A stretch of DNA of 64,000 bases, from assembly GCA_963727445.1 (NCBI GenBank), contig CAVSGI010000009.1:64001-128000 (forward strand), given 5' to 3'. Below are positions 43,276 to 53,204 of the stretch, one piece after another. The translations under genes and the position numbers were made by a program. The notes beneath the pieces were generated by a model. It ran no database searches. It was not told the DNA's origin and saw only the letters and a list, made by a program, of their open reading frames with translations. This DNA comes from an uncultured delta proteobacterium (GTDB lineage Bacteria; Myxococcota_A; Polyangia; Polyangiales; B10-G4). Every line of letters starts with the position of its first letter. The stretch's first letter is position 1.

Positions 43276-45579
43276 GTGGGCCAACGCCAACACACCGACC
43301 TGACACCGTGCCGGGAGGTGGTGGTCGAGGGGATCGTTCAGGGGGTCGGGTTTCGGCCCTTCGTGCACGCGCTGGCCATCAAGTTGGGACTCCGTGGCTG
43401 GGTCCGAAACGTCGGCGGAAAGGTAGACATCTCCGTCGAGGGGACGCCCGACGCGCTGGACGCGTTCATTCACGCGGTCAGACACGACGCGCCGCCACTC
43501 GCGCGAGTCGACACGGTGGAGGATCGGGAGGTTCCGTCGGCCGGCGCCGAGGGCTTTCGCATCGTCGAGAGCTCCACGGAGTCCACGCCGACGATACGCA
43601 TCGCCCCGGATGCGGCGACCTGTGCACGGTGCCTCGAAGAGCTCTTCGACCCGGACGACCGCCGGTTTCGCTACCCCTTCATCTGCTGTACGTCATGCGG
43701 GCCGCGCCTCACCCTCGCGATCGCCGCTCCTTGGGATCGCGCGCGCACCACGATGCGCTCGTTCGAGATGTGTCCCGACTGCCGGGCGGAGTACGAGGAC
43801 CCCGCCGATCGCCGCTTCCACGCGGAGCCCATCGCTTGTGCTGTGTGCGGTCCGTCGCTCCGCCTGCTCGATTCGGAAGGAGGCGTCATCAGCGACGTGG
43901 ACGTCGTCGGGGAAGCAGCACGGAGGCTGCGGCGGGGAGAGCTCCTCGCGATCAAGGGCCTCGGCGGATATCACCTGGCGTGCGACGCGACCTCCGACGA
44001 TGCGGTCGAACGGCTGCGGCGGCGAAAGCGTCGTGACGAGCGACCGCTGGCGGTGATGGTCCATAGTGTCGACGCGGCTCGGCGTATCGTCGACCTCGGC
44101 AGTGTCGAGGCAGGGCTGCTCGAAGGAGTCCCGAGGCCCATCGTGTTGGTGCGGGGCCGCGCGGAGGGGCTCTCACCTCGCGTGAGCGGTGCGGTCGCCG
44201 ATGTCGGCCTGATGCTGCCGTACACACCGCTGCATCATCTGCTGCTCGAAGCGTTGGCGGGGCTTCCAATCGTGCTCACCAGCGGCAACCGCAGCGAGGA
44301 GCCGATCGCATACGAAGACGATGATGCTCTGGCGCGCCTGGGCGACGTCGCCGACGCATTCCTCGTGCACGATCGGCCGATTCGCACGCGATGCGACGAC
44401 TCGGTGGCGCGCGTCGTCCGCGGGCGTCCGGTGCCGGTCCGCCGCTCCCGTGGATTCGCGCCTGCACCTCTGGTGCTCCGGCGTCCAGCGAAGAGGTCAG
44501 TGCTCGCCCTCGGCGGCCATCTCAAGGCGACGTTCGCCCTGGGGCACGGAAAGGGGGCGATCCTCAGCCACCACTTCGGCGACCTCGACGATCGGCGGGC
44601 GCTGCACGCCTACCGCGACGGGATCCGTCATTACGAAGCGCTCTTCGAACAGCGCCCCGACGTGCTCGTTCACGATCTGAACCCGGATTACGCGTCCTCT
44701 CTCTACGCTTTCGATCGAGCGCGTGACGAAGGCATCGAACGCATGGAGGTCCAGCATCATCGCGCCCACGTGGCCAGCTGCATGGCGGAGCACGGGCTCG
44801 AGGAGGAGGTCATCGGGGTGGCCTTCGACGGAGCTGGCTTGGGGGACGACGACACCATCTGGGGCGGGGAGTTCTTCGTAGGTACGCCGGGTGCCTTGGC
44901 GAGGCGCGCCCATCTGCGCCCGGTCTCTCTTCCCGGAGGAGAGGCCGCGATGCGTGAGCCGTGGCGCATGGCGGTGGCCCATGCCCACGCCGCCGGTCTG
45001 CCCGTCGAAGGGCTCGGCGCACCGCGTCCGGCAGAGCTCGATACGATCGTTCGGATGATCGAACGGTCGGTGGCTTCGCCCCAGACATCGAGCGTCGGGC
45101 GTCTCTTCGATGCCGTGGCTGCGCTGGCGGGTGTGAGGCACTTCAATACCTACGAGGGCCAGGCGGCGATCGAGTTGGAAGCCTTGGCAGTAGCGCACGG
45201 AAGAGACGAGGCCTCTTACCCCTTCGAAATTTCTCAGGAAGCGCCGGATACGCCTGTCGTGATCGACCCCAGGGAGCTGATCGCCGGCGTCATGACCGAT
45301 GTGAACGCGGGAATGGCGGCGTCGCGCGTGGCCCGGCGCTTCCACACCACCATCGCATCCATGATCGTCGAAGTTTGCAGAGTCCTCACCTCGCGACGGC
45401 GCCGACGTCTCCCCGTCTTGCTCACCGGTGGCGTCTTCATGAACGCGCTGTTGACCGATCGGACTGTCGGCGGTCTCGAAGCGGCGGGCTTCGACGTCTA
45501 CTGGCACCAGCGCATCCCACCCAATGACGGTGGTCTGTGCTTGGGACAAATCGCCATCGCCCTGACGAGGTGGCCTTGA
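43276..45579 (+). CDS. hypF: Carbamoyltransferase HypF
   Basis: GIVQGVGFRPF, zinc fingers CARC/CTSC/CPDC/CAVC, KGLGGYH, QHHRAH, PPNDGG. Confidence 0.97.
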   Translation: MGQRQHTDLTPCREVVVEGIVQGVGFRPFVHALAIKLGLRGWVRNVGGKVDISVEGTPDALDAFIHAVRHDAPPLARVDTVEDREVPSAGAEGFRIVESSTESTPTIRIAPDAATCARCLEELFDPDDRRFRYPFICCTSCGPRLTLAIAAPWDRARTTMRSFEMCPDCRAEYEDPADRRFHAEPIACAVCGPSLRLLDSEGGVISDVDVVGEAARRLRRGELLAIKGLGGYHLACDATSDDAVERLRRRKRRDERPLAVMVHSVDAARRIVDLGSVEAGLLEGVPRPIVLVRGRAEGLSPRVSGAVADVGLMLPYTPLHHLLLEALAGLPIVLTSGNRSEEPIAYEDDDALARLGDVADAFLVHDRPIRTRCDDSVARVVRGRPVPVRRSRGFAPAPLVLRRPAKRSVLALGGHLKATFALGHGKGAILSHHFGDLDDRRALHAYRDGIRHYEALFEQRPDVLVHDLNPDYASSLYAFDRARDEGIERMEVQHHRAHVASCMAEHGLEEEVIGVAFDGAGLGDDDTIWGGEFFVGTPGALARRAHLRPVSLPGGEAAMREPWRMAVAHAHAAGLPVEGLGAPRPAELDTIVRMIERSVASPQTSSVGRLFDAVAALAGVRHFNTYEGQAAIELEALAVAHGRDEASYPFEISQEAPDTPVVIDPRELIAGVMTDVNAGMAASRVARRFHTTIASMIVEVCRVLTSRRRRRLPVLLTGGVFMNALLTDRTVGGLEAAGFDVYWHQRIPPNDGGLCLGQIAIALTRWP

Positions 45580-45623
45580 CCTCCACGCAAGGCGCAGCAC
45601 ATGCTCAGAGAGGAGGTGGTCCA

Positions 45624-45881
45624 GTGTGTCTCGGCATTCCGGGTCGCATCATTCGCACCCACGCCGATGGGGATCTTCAGATGGCATCGGTCGAGTTCGG
45701 CGCGATCCGCCGCGATGTATGTATCGAGTACGTACCCGACGTCGAAGTGGGGGACTACGTCCTCGTTCACGTGGGCTTTGCGCTCTCTCGAATCGATGAG
45801 GCGGAGGCGAAACGTGTGTTCGCGCTTCTCGAGGAGCTGGGCGAGCTCGTCGAGCTCTCCGCGGGCGAGCCAACGCGATGA
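45624..45881 (+). CDS. hypC: Hydrogenase chaperone HypC
   Basis: (M)[25 protein letters not shown]. Confidence 0.95.
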   Translation: MCLGIPGRIIRTHADGDLQMASVEFGAIRRDVCIEYVPDVEVGDYVLVHVGFALSRIDEAEAKRVFALLEELGELVELSAGEPTR

Positions 45882-46516
45882 ATGACCTCCTCGAGAAGCC
45901 GACGCTCATCCTCGTCGATGATCACCCCGTGGTCCGGAGTGGGATCCGCCGCTACCTCAGCCTGGAGTTCGAGGTCGTGGGCGAAACGGAGTCTGCGCAT
46001 GAAGCCTTGCTCCTTTACAAACAGGTGCGGCCGAACCTCGTGGTCCTCGACATCGCGCTGACCGACACGACGGCCTTCGATCTCCTGCCGCAGCTCGTCG
46101 CGCACGATGCACGCGTCATGATCTTCTCCGCGACGGACGGACCGAAAGAGGTCTCGACTTCGATGCGGCTGGGTGCGCTCGGGTTCGTTTCGAAAGTGGC
46201 TGACGCCGAGATCTTGAGCGCGGGCCTGCACGCTCTGATGGATGGTCAGACCTACCTCTGCTCCCGTGCCCTCGACGCGCTCCGGCGCGCGCAGCTCGAG
46301 CCGCCGGACGCGGTCGACCGACTCACCCGGCGTGAACGAGAGGTTCTCACTCTCGTGGCGGAGGGACTCGCCAACAAGGAGATCGCGGCCCGCCTTCACA
46401 TAGGTGTCCGCACGGTTCAGACCCATCGGCACCGGCTCATGAGCAAGCTCGAGGTCCACAACGCTGCGGCACTGACCCGGATCGCCTTCGCCGCTGGGTT
46501 GGTCGAGGCGAGGTGA
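45878..46516 (+). CDS. NarL/LuxR-family response regulator
   Basis: [33 protein letters not shown] overlap with hypC. Confidence 0.92.
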   Translation: MNDLLEKPTLILVDDHPVVRSGIRRYLSLEFEVVGETESAHEALLLYKQVRPNLVVLDIALTDTTAFDLLPQLVAHDARVMIFSATDGPKEVSTSMRLGALGFVSKVADAEILSAGLHALMDGQTYLCSRALDALRRAQLEPPDAVDRLTRREREVLTLVAEGLANKEIAARLHIGVRTVQTHRHRLMSKLEVHNAAALTRIAFAAGLVEAR

Positions 46517-47514
46517 CCGGTTTCGGCGCGTGCGTCCTGTTCGCCGTCCTCGTGTGCGTGTTCGCATGTGCGTGCACGGGAACCGTCGGATCACTCGATG
46601 ACGCGGGATCGAGGCGCGAAGGCGGCGTGCGAGACGCGGGCGTGGGGGATGGAAACACCTCTACCGATGCGCGCGGTGAAGATGCCGACGCCGACGCGCG
46701 TGGCCCAGACGCCGACGCGAGTAGCGTAGACGCGGACGCTGGGGGGCCGCCCGATCCCTGCGGCGCTGCGCTCTTCTGCGAAACCTTCGACGACTACACT
46801 TTGACCACGCTCTCGGACGGACAGACCTTCGGTCCATGGCGGGCGGCCGTGCGGTCGCCGGGCGGCGCGATGGACCTCGACGGGACTCACACCGTCTCGG
46901 GCGACAGCGCGCTCCACATGCGGATCGAGACGGACGCGACCGCGGGCGGGCGGCTCTTCTCGAACGGGTCGTTGCCGCTCCTCGAGGGCAACCCGACGCA
47001 CCTCTACGGGCGGATGATGATGTACATCGATCCGAATGGGAGCAGCGTGCACTGGACGTTCTTCGGCGCGAGCGGTGATGCCGAGCCGAGCTCACCGGTC
47101 ACGGGACGCCGCGCCACGTACCTCATCAGCTCGCTACCCCGCTCCGACGTCAACACCTACAGCTTCGTCGACGGACTGGAGGCGAGCGGCGGCGATCCCT
47201 ATCACGACTGCTGGTTCCAGAGCATGGAGGCGATGCCCGCGAGCCGATGGACCTGCGTGGCATTCGACATGGACAGCGTCGCGCGGCGCCTGAGGCTCAC
47301 CATCGACGGCGCGACCGACCCGGCGGTCGCGGTCGACGATCACGGACAGGGCTGCGTCGGAGACGTGGTGCCCGACGATTCGCCTTGGTACGGCCCGGCG
47401 GTCGATCAGATCTACGTCGGCGCCTGGAGCTTCCACCCGATGACCGCGCCGCTCGAGGTGTGGATCGACGACCTCGTCGTCGACACCTCGCCCGTCACGT
47501 GTCCCCCGCCGTGA
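46513..47514 (+). CDS. Lipoprotein with Asp-Ala-Gly linker and beta-sandwich domain (Cip1/lectin-like, tentative)
   Basis: Lipobox-like ACAC, DAG-rich linker, FCETFD...VHWT...WTCVAF...VWIDDLVV. Confidence 0.65.
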   Translation: MTGFGACVLFAVLVCVFACACTGTVGSLDDAGSRREGGVRDAGVGDGNTSTDARGEDADADARGPDADASSVDADAGGPPDPCGAALFCETFDDYTLTTLSDGQTFGPWRAAVRSPGGAMDLDGTHTVSGDSALHMRIETDATAGGRLFSNGSLPLLEGNPTHLYGRMMMYIDPNGSSVHWTFFGASGDAEPSSPVTGRRATYLISSLPRSDVNTYSFVDGLEASGGDPYHDCWFQSMEAMPASRWTCVAFDMDSVARRLRLTIDGATDPAVAVDDHGQGCVGDVVPDDSPWYGPAVDQIYVGAWSFHPMTAPLEVWIDDLVVDTSPVTCPPP

Positions 47515-48397
47515 TCGCCTTCGCGACCCTGACGCTCCCCCAGAGCAACGACTGATCGCGTGCAGCCATCTCGGCATCACCGGGGTTCTCGGGCTCGCCG
47601 AAGCTTCGCAGCACGACGACGCCCTCGTCGGTGGCCGCGTGCTTCGCGGCTTCGAAGAGCCGCGCGCGGTACTCGCGGCTCGCCCCGTCGAGGACGTTCG
47701 AGAGGCTGATGCCGGAGAAGCTGCCGGCGGGCTGATCCTCCAGATAGGAGGCGACGTCCGAGCAGACGAGCTCGATGCGGCCGGGGGCTGGCTCATCGGC
47801 GGGGAGGGGCGCGCCCAGAAAGAGCGCATGCGCGTAGGGGTTGTCGCGATTGGGGTGCGTGGCGAAGCCCCGGGACAGGCGGGACAGCAGCACGCGCCCG
47901 AAGCGTCGCGGCAGCACGTCGAGCAGATCGCGCGAATAGGCAGCGCGTAGACCCACCAGCGAGAAGAGGGCCCCGACGCCGAAACGAAAGCGGCGCGTCG
48001 CCAGCGCTTCCCATCGCGCCGCCTGCGCCTCGACGTCGTCCATGGCGAGGAACGCCTCGAGCTTGCTACGGGTGATGCCGGTGAGCGGGAGGAAGAAGCG
48101 AAGCGCCGCCATGACGCGCTCGGCCGTACCCAGCTGGCCCGCACCGCCGGCGAGACGGTGGCGTGCGTACGCGAGCTGCACGGGATTGATGTCGACGGCG
48201 ACGACCTCGTCGTGATGCGCGGCGAGCTGGCGCGCTGTGCAACCGGACGACGCGATGCACAGCACGCGCCCGGCCGAGCCGAACGCTTCGAGCTCGATGG
48301 TGGGGTCTTCGTAAGTGCGACCGAAGAGGATCCTCTTCGGGCCGGCGCGGCTGTCGAGTCGGCCGCGGTTCCATACCGTCGTTGCGCTGGTCGTCAT
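47495..48397 (-). CDS. DUF3419/BtaA-like SAM-dependent protein
   Basis: LFGRTYEDP.IE, CIASSGC, AVDINPVQL, NPY, LSNVLD. Confidence 0.72.
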   Translation of the reverse strand: MTTSATTVWNRGRLDSRAGPKRILFGRTYEDPTIELEAFGSAGRVLCIASSGCTARQLAAHHDEVVAVDINPVQLAYARHRLAGGAGQLGTAERVMAALRFFLPLTGITRSKLEAFLAMDDVEAQAARWEALATRRFRFGVGALFSLVGLRAAYSRDLLDVLPRRFGRVLLSRLSRGFATHPNRDNPYAHALFLGAPLPADEPAPGRIELVCSDVASYLEDQPAGSFSGISLSNVLDGASREYRARLFEAAKHAATDEGVVVLRSFGEPENPGDAEMAARDQSLLWGSVRVAKAITAGDT

Positions 48398-48759
48398 CAG
48401 TTCAGATACGCCGCCACCCAGGCGAGCACGAGGAAGGCGAAGTTCTTCACGACCATCCCTCCCGGATCCTGGATGTGCTCGCGGGAGAAGAGAAGCCCGT
48501 TGGCGTTCATGCCGACGAGCAGGATGGTCTGTGTGAGCGCGGCCATCCACGGCATGTAACCGGTGAGCACCCAGACACCGATCGCCGTCTCCACGACGCC
48601 GATCCCGAAGAGCGTCCAGCGCGCCCGCCGAGGACCGAAGAGGGGGTGCGCGGCGACCACCTCTTCCTGATGCGGCATCTTGCGCAGGACCTTGCACCAC
48701 ACGCCCTCGTACAGCCACACGAGGGCGACGGCGACACGGATCAGGAGCGGAGGCACCAT
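48397..48759 (-). CDS. DoxX-like small membrane protein
   Basis: RVAVALVWLYEGVWCK, IG..E..IG.W.L.G, QT, VVKN. Confidence 0.75.
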   Translation of the reverse strand: MVPPLLIRVAVALVWLYEGVWCKVLRKMPHQEEVVAAHPLFGPRRARWTLFGIGVVETAIGVWVLTGYMPWMAALTQTILLVGMNANGLLFSREHIQDPGGMVVKNFAFLVLAWVAAYLN

Positions 48760-48875
48760 GGGGCGAAACGTAGCCAACCTTTGGTGCGGGATCGAGCCCC
48801 GGACGGGTTTCCCTCGGGAGGCTGGACAAACCCTTCGATGGTGTTTAGCTACTCGTCCGATCGGAGAGGCGTCGG

Positions 48876-49400
48876 ATGACCATCGAGCAGGCTCACGCAA
48901 CCAAGGTCGCGACCGACGACTCGTCCGCTGGCGTCCGTTCCGTGGTCACGGAGATGCGGCTTGCGGCTGCGCCGGCGCAGACGTGGACCGGGCTCCTGTA
49001 CTACGAGGAGATCGACGAGCCGCCGCCTCTGCTCTTGCGATGGCTCCTCCCCGTTCCGGTGAAGACGGAGGGATCGCTCGCGGCGGTCGGAGACGAAACC
49101 CTCTGCGTCTACGTCGACGGCCATCTGCGCAAGCGCGTCACCGCGGTCGAAGAGGCGAAGTCGCTTCGCTTCGACGTCATCGAGCAGGCGCTCGACGTGG
49201 GAAAGACGCGACTGGTCGGCGGTAGCTACACGCTCACCCCGTCGGGCGACGGGCGGACGACGCTCTCTCTGGAGACCCGCTACGTGAGCGCGCGACGGCC
49301 CCGCTGGGTGTGGGCCTGGGTGGAAGCGTTCGTCTGCCACGCCTTCCATCGCCATCTCCTGTCGGCCATGCGACGCGCCATCGAGCGCGCGCCTCGATGA
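48876..49400 (+). CDS. SRPBCC/START-like protein
   Basis: AAPAQTW..L..Y, RVTAVE..KSLRF, TTLSLETRY, FHRHLL. Confidence 0.6.
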   Translation: MTIEQAHATKVATDDSSAGVRSVVTEMRLAAAPAQTWTGLLYYEEIDEPPPLLLRWLLPVPVKTEGSLAAVGDETLCVYVDGHLRKRVTAVEEAKSLRFDVIEQALDVGKTRLVGGSYTLTPSGDGRTTLSLETRYVSARRPRWVWAWVEAFVCHAFHRHLLSAMRRAIERAPR

Positions 49401-50764
49401 CGGAGCGCGACGACTCGAAAGACGATGAGGTCGACGCCGTCGTCGACGCGCTCCACGAGATGCTGCGGGACTCGGCCCAGGGCGAGCCCTCCACATCCGC
49501 GCTCGGTCGCACCCTGAAGCTGTCGGGCCTCGCTGCGCGCACGGCGTCAACGCTCGCGGGCGCGCGCCTGAGACGAGCGATGGCAAAGGAGCCAGGCGCC
49601 CTGATGCAGCGCGGGCATCTCCGCGCGGCCGAGCGCCTGGTCACCGGGCTGGGCGAGATGAAGGGGCTGGCCATGAAGGCGGGGCAGATGGCGAGCTACA
49701 TCGACCCGTCGCTTCCCCCGGAGATGCGCCGCGCGCTCGCCCTGCTCCAGACGCAGTCGCAGCGCACGCCGTTTTCACGTATCCGGGAGACCGTCGAGTC
49801 CGAGCTCGACGCGCCTCTCGAACGACACTTCGCGGAGCTCGAGCCGGAGCCGGTCGCCGCGGCGTCGATTGGTCAGGTCCACCGCGGGCGCTTGCACGAC
49901 GGGCGGGTGGTCGCGGTCAAGGTGCAGCACCCCGGGATCGAAGAGACGATCGACGCGGATCTGAAGAGCGCCGCCGTCATGGGGCGCTTGAAGGGGCTCG
50001 TTCTGCCGCGCGTTGGCGTCGAGGGCGTGGTCGAGGAGATGCGCGCCCGCTTCATGGAGGAGTGCGACTACGAGCGCGAGGCGGAAATGCAGCAGCGCTT
50101 CGGTGAGCTCTTCGCCGACCATCCCGACGTCACCGTGCCGCGCGTGTTCGAGGAGCTCTCCTCGCGTCGCGTCTTGACGACGGAGTTTCACGAGGGACGT
50201 ACGTTTCACGAGCTCGTCTCCTCGGAGGCGTCCCAACAGGAGCGCGATCGCATCGGTGAAGCGCTCTACGCCTTCTATCTGGGCACCCTCTACCGGCTCG
50301 GGCTCTTCAACGCCGATCCTCATCCGGGGAACTACCTCTTTCCGGAAGAGGGCGGGATCGTCATTCTCGACTACGGCTGCATCCGTGAGTTCGAGCCCGG
50401 CTTCGTGCAGAAGATCAAGCGACTCTTGCGCGCGGTGGTCGCCGACGAGCCGGAGGAGCTGCACGCGTCGGTGGTGGCGCTGGGAATCGTGAAACCCGGC
50501 GTGCGCTATCACCGGGAGGATGCACGCGAGCTCTTCCGCTACCTCTACGCTCCCCTGTTGCGGACCGGGCGCCACCGAATCACCCAGGAGTACGCCGCGG
50601 AGGCGACGACGCGCTTTCTTCGCAGCAAGAACCTCTTCAAGCTGACCATGCCGGGCGAGATGCTCTTCTTGAACCGCGTGAACTTCGGGCTCATGTCGAT
50701 CTTCGCGGAGCTGGGCGCAGAGATCGACTGGCGCTCGCTGGGGCTCGCTTCCGCGGCGGAATGA
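49397..50764 (+). CDS. ABC1/AarF/UbiB family kinase
   Basis: KGLAMKAGQ, AAASIGQVH, VAVKVQHPG, ADPHPGN, LDYG. Confidence 0.92.
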   Translation: MTERDDSKDDEVDAVVDALHEMLRDSAQGEPSTSALGRTLKLSGLAARTASTLAGARLRRAMAKEPGALMQRGHLRAAERLVTGLGEMKGLAMKAGQMASYIDPSLPPEMRRALALLQTQSQRTPFSRIRETVESELDAPLERHFAELEPEPVAAASIGQVHRGRLHDGRVVAVKVQHPGIEETIDADLKSAAVMGRLKGLVLPRVGVEGVVEEMRARFMEECDYEREAEMQQRFGELFADHPDVTVPRVFEELSSRRVLTTEFHEGRTFHELVSSEASQQERDRIGEALYAFYLGTLYRLGLFNADPHPGNYLFPEEGGIVILDYGCIREFEPGFVQKIKRLLRAVVADEPEELHASVVALGIVKPGVRYHREDARELFRYLYAPLLRTGRHRITQEYAAEATTRFLRSKNLFKLTMPGEMLFLNRVNFGLMSIFAELGAEIDWRSLGLASAAE

Positions 50765-50782
50765 TCGCGTCCGTTCCGCAGG

Positions 50783-53056
50783 CTATCCGTCGCGCCGTGC
50801 GGCGTCGACGAGCAATCGGCGCTCGGCGCGACCGATGCTCGCCCGGGCTGCGTCGACGGCGTCGGGATTGACGGAGATCGAAGTGATACCGAAGCGCACG
50901 AGGTGTTCGGCGAACTCCGGACGGTTCGAGGGCGCCTGGCCGCAGAGGCTCGAGGTGAGCCCGTGGGCGCGGGCCTGTCGGATGATCGCTTCGATGGCCC
51001 CGAGCACCGCCGCGTCCGCTTCGTCGAAGAGCTCGGAGCAGATCTCCGAGTCACGGTCGACACCGAGGACGAGCTGAGTCAGGTCGTTGCTGCCGATGCT
51101 GACCCCGTCGACCCCCAGCGCCGCGTAGTCGGCGATGCGGTAGACGATCGACGGCACCTCCGCCATGACCCACTTCAACAGGCCCCGCTGCTTTCCGAGC
51201 GGCGAGCGTTCGATCATCTCGAGGCATGCCTCGAGCTCCCACTTCGTGCGAACGAAGGGGAGCATCACGTGCAGGTTCGGTGTCTGCTCGCGCACCCGAG
51301 CGAGGGTCTCGAGCTCGAGCTCGAAGAGCGCAGGGTCTTTCACGTAGCGGTAGCAGCCCCGATAACCGATCATCGGGTTTTCCTCGATCGGCTCGTGGGC
51401 TTGGCCCCCCTCCAGCTTGCGGAACTCGTTCGTGCGGAAGTCGTACGTCCGATAGATCACTGGTCGCGGTGCGAAGGGGCCGGTGATCTTCAGGAGCGCC
51501 TCGCTCATGCGGTCGACGAAGCTCGCCCCCTCTCCTCGCGCGATGAGCTCCTTCGGGTGAACACCGTCGAGAGCCTCGGTGATCATGAACTCCGCGCGCA
51601 GCAGGCCGACTCCGTCGACGGGCTGGGCCGCGACCTCCTCGGCGTGCTCGGGGAAGGCGAGGTTCACGTAGAGCCGTGTGGCGAGCGGCTCGGTGCCACG
51701 CGCCGACCCCACCTCCGCCGCGACGTGCGTGGTGACTTCCCGCGTCTGTTCCTCCACCGCGCCCCGGAACACGTGACCCTCGTCGCCCACCACGGTGACC
51801 GTCTCTCCGTCGCGAAGCACGCGCGTCGCGTCGCGAGTCCCGACTACGCAGGGGATCCGAAGCTCGCGACTGACGATCGCCGCGTGGCACGTCATGCCGC
51901 CACCATCGGTCACGAGCGCCCCGGCGTGCCTCATCGCAGGGACCCAGTCCGGGCTCGTCATCTTCGCCACGAGGATCTCGCCCGGCGAGAGCATACCGAC
52001 CTGGTCCGGCGATTCGAGGATGCGCACGACGCCGACCGAGCGACCAGGCGACGCGCCGAGACCGGTGAGGAGCAGGTCTCCCGCGTGATGCTCCGCAGGT
52101 GGCTCGAGGGTCGTGATGGGGCGCGATTGGACGACGTAGAGACGTCCATCGGCATAGGCCCACTCGATGTCCTGAGGCTTGCCGTAGTGCGCCTCGATCC
52201 GACGCCCCAGGCGCGCGATCTCGAGGATGCGCGCGTCGTCGAGGACGCGGCGCTTGCCCTCGGCCTCCGAGAGCGTGCGGCGCCTTTCCGTGCCGCTCTC
52301 GTCCCGGTCGATGCACAGCGTCTTCACACCCACGCGCACGTCCCGAATCGTCGGGCCCTCGGCGTCGACCACGTAGGTGTCCGGTTCCACCGCTCCGCTC
52401 ACGACCACTTCGCCGAGCCCGAACGCCGCCTCGATCACGAGCCGGTCACGCGCTCCGGTGGCCGGGTCGGCGGTGAACATCACGCCCGACTCCTCGGAGT
52501 CCACCATCTTCTGGATGACGACGGCGATCGCGGGCTCCTCGTCGATGCCGCGGCCCGCGCGATAGGAGATCACCCGCTCGCCGAAGACGCTCTCCCAGCA
52601 TCCGAGCAGAGCCGTGAGGAGCGCGTCCTCACCCGAGACGTTGGTGAAGGTCACGTTCATGCCTGCGAAAGAGGCGCCCGCGGTGTCCTCGAGAGTTGCG
52701 GAGGAACGAACCGCCACGCGCGACTCATCGCCGAGTGCCCGGTAAGCGGCGAGGACGGGGTCCTTCACGTCGCTGGGGATGCCGCCCTCGTGGACGAGGC
52801 CACGAAGGGTGGAGGACGCCGTGGCGAGGGCCTTGGGATCGTTGGGGGAGGCGGCGGCGAGGAGCTCGCGGATCCGCGCGCGTGTCCCCGCCGCCTCGAG
52901 CGCCCGGAAATAGGCGGCCGCCGTGATGACGAACCCCGGAGGGACGGGAAGGCCGGCCTGGGTCAGCTCGCCGAGGTTGGCGCCCTTCCCCCCGACCTCC
53001 GTCTCGTCGCCGAGTCCGATCTCGTCGAAACTCCGCGTATATCCGGTTCCCTTCAT
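50783..53056 (-). CDS. ppsA: Phosphoenolpyruvate synthase
   Basis: [57 protein letters not shown]. Confidence 0.96.
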   Translation of the reverse strand: MKGTGYTRSFDEIGLGDETEVGGKGANLGELTQAGLPVPPGFVITAAAYFRALEAAGTRARIRELLAAASPNDPKALATASSTLRGLVHEGGIPSDVKDPVLAAYRALGDESRVAVRSSATLEDTAGASFAGMNVTFTNVSGEDALLTALLGCWESVFGERVISYRAGRGIDEEPAIAVVIQKMVDSEESGVMFTADPATGARDRLVIEAAFGLGEVVVSGAVEPDTYVVDAEGPTIRDVRVGVKTLCIDRDESGTERRRTLSEAEGKRRVLDDARILEIARLGRRIEAHYGKPQDIEWAYADGRLYVVQSRPITTLEPPAEHHAGDLLLTGLGASPGRSVGVVRILESPDQVGMLSPGEILVAKMTSPDWVPAMRHAGALVTDGGGMTCHAAIVSRELRIPCVVGTRDATRVLRDGETVTVVGDEGHVFRGAVEEQTREVTTHVAAEVGSARGTEPLATRLYVNLAFPEHAEEVAAQPVDGVGLLRAEFMITEALDGVHPKELIARGEGASFVDRMSEALLKITGPFAPRPVIYRTYDFRTNEFRKLEGGQAHEPIEENPMIGYRGCYRYVKDPALFELELETLARVREQTPNLHVMLPFVRTKWELEACLEMIERSPLGKQRGLLKWVMAEVPSIVYRIADYAALGVDGVSIGSNDLTQLVLGVDRDSEICSELFDEADAAVLGAIEAIIRQARAHGLTSSLCGQAPSNRPEFAEHLVRFGITSISVNPDAVDAARASIGRAERRLLVDAARRDG

Positions 53057-53204
53057 CGAGAGCTCTCCCTTCCCCACCCGGCCGGGTCTGGTTCTCTCGT
53101 CTGATGTGTTCCCGGTCCTCGGATCGGCAACCATCCCCACCACCGCGACGTGGACTGTGGTCGACCGCACGACCCAACGAGTCCGAAATGCCTATCATCT
53201 CGTG

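Noticed and set aside
45590..45605. Possible sigma54 promoter AGGCGCAGCACATGCT before hypC
   Set aside because: GG-N10-GC spacing fits but the flanks are weak, and hypC is probably co-transcribed with hypF
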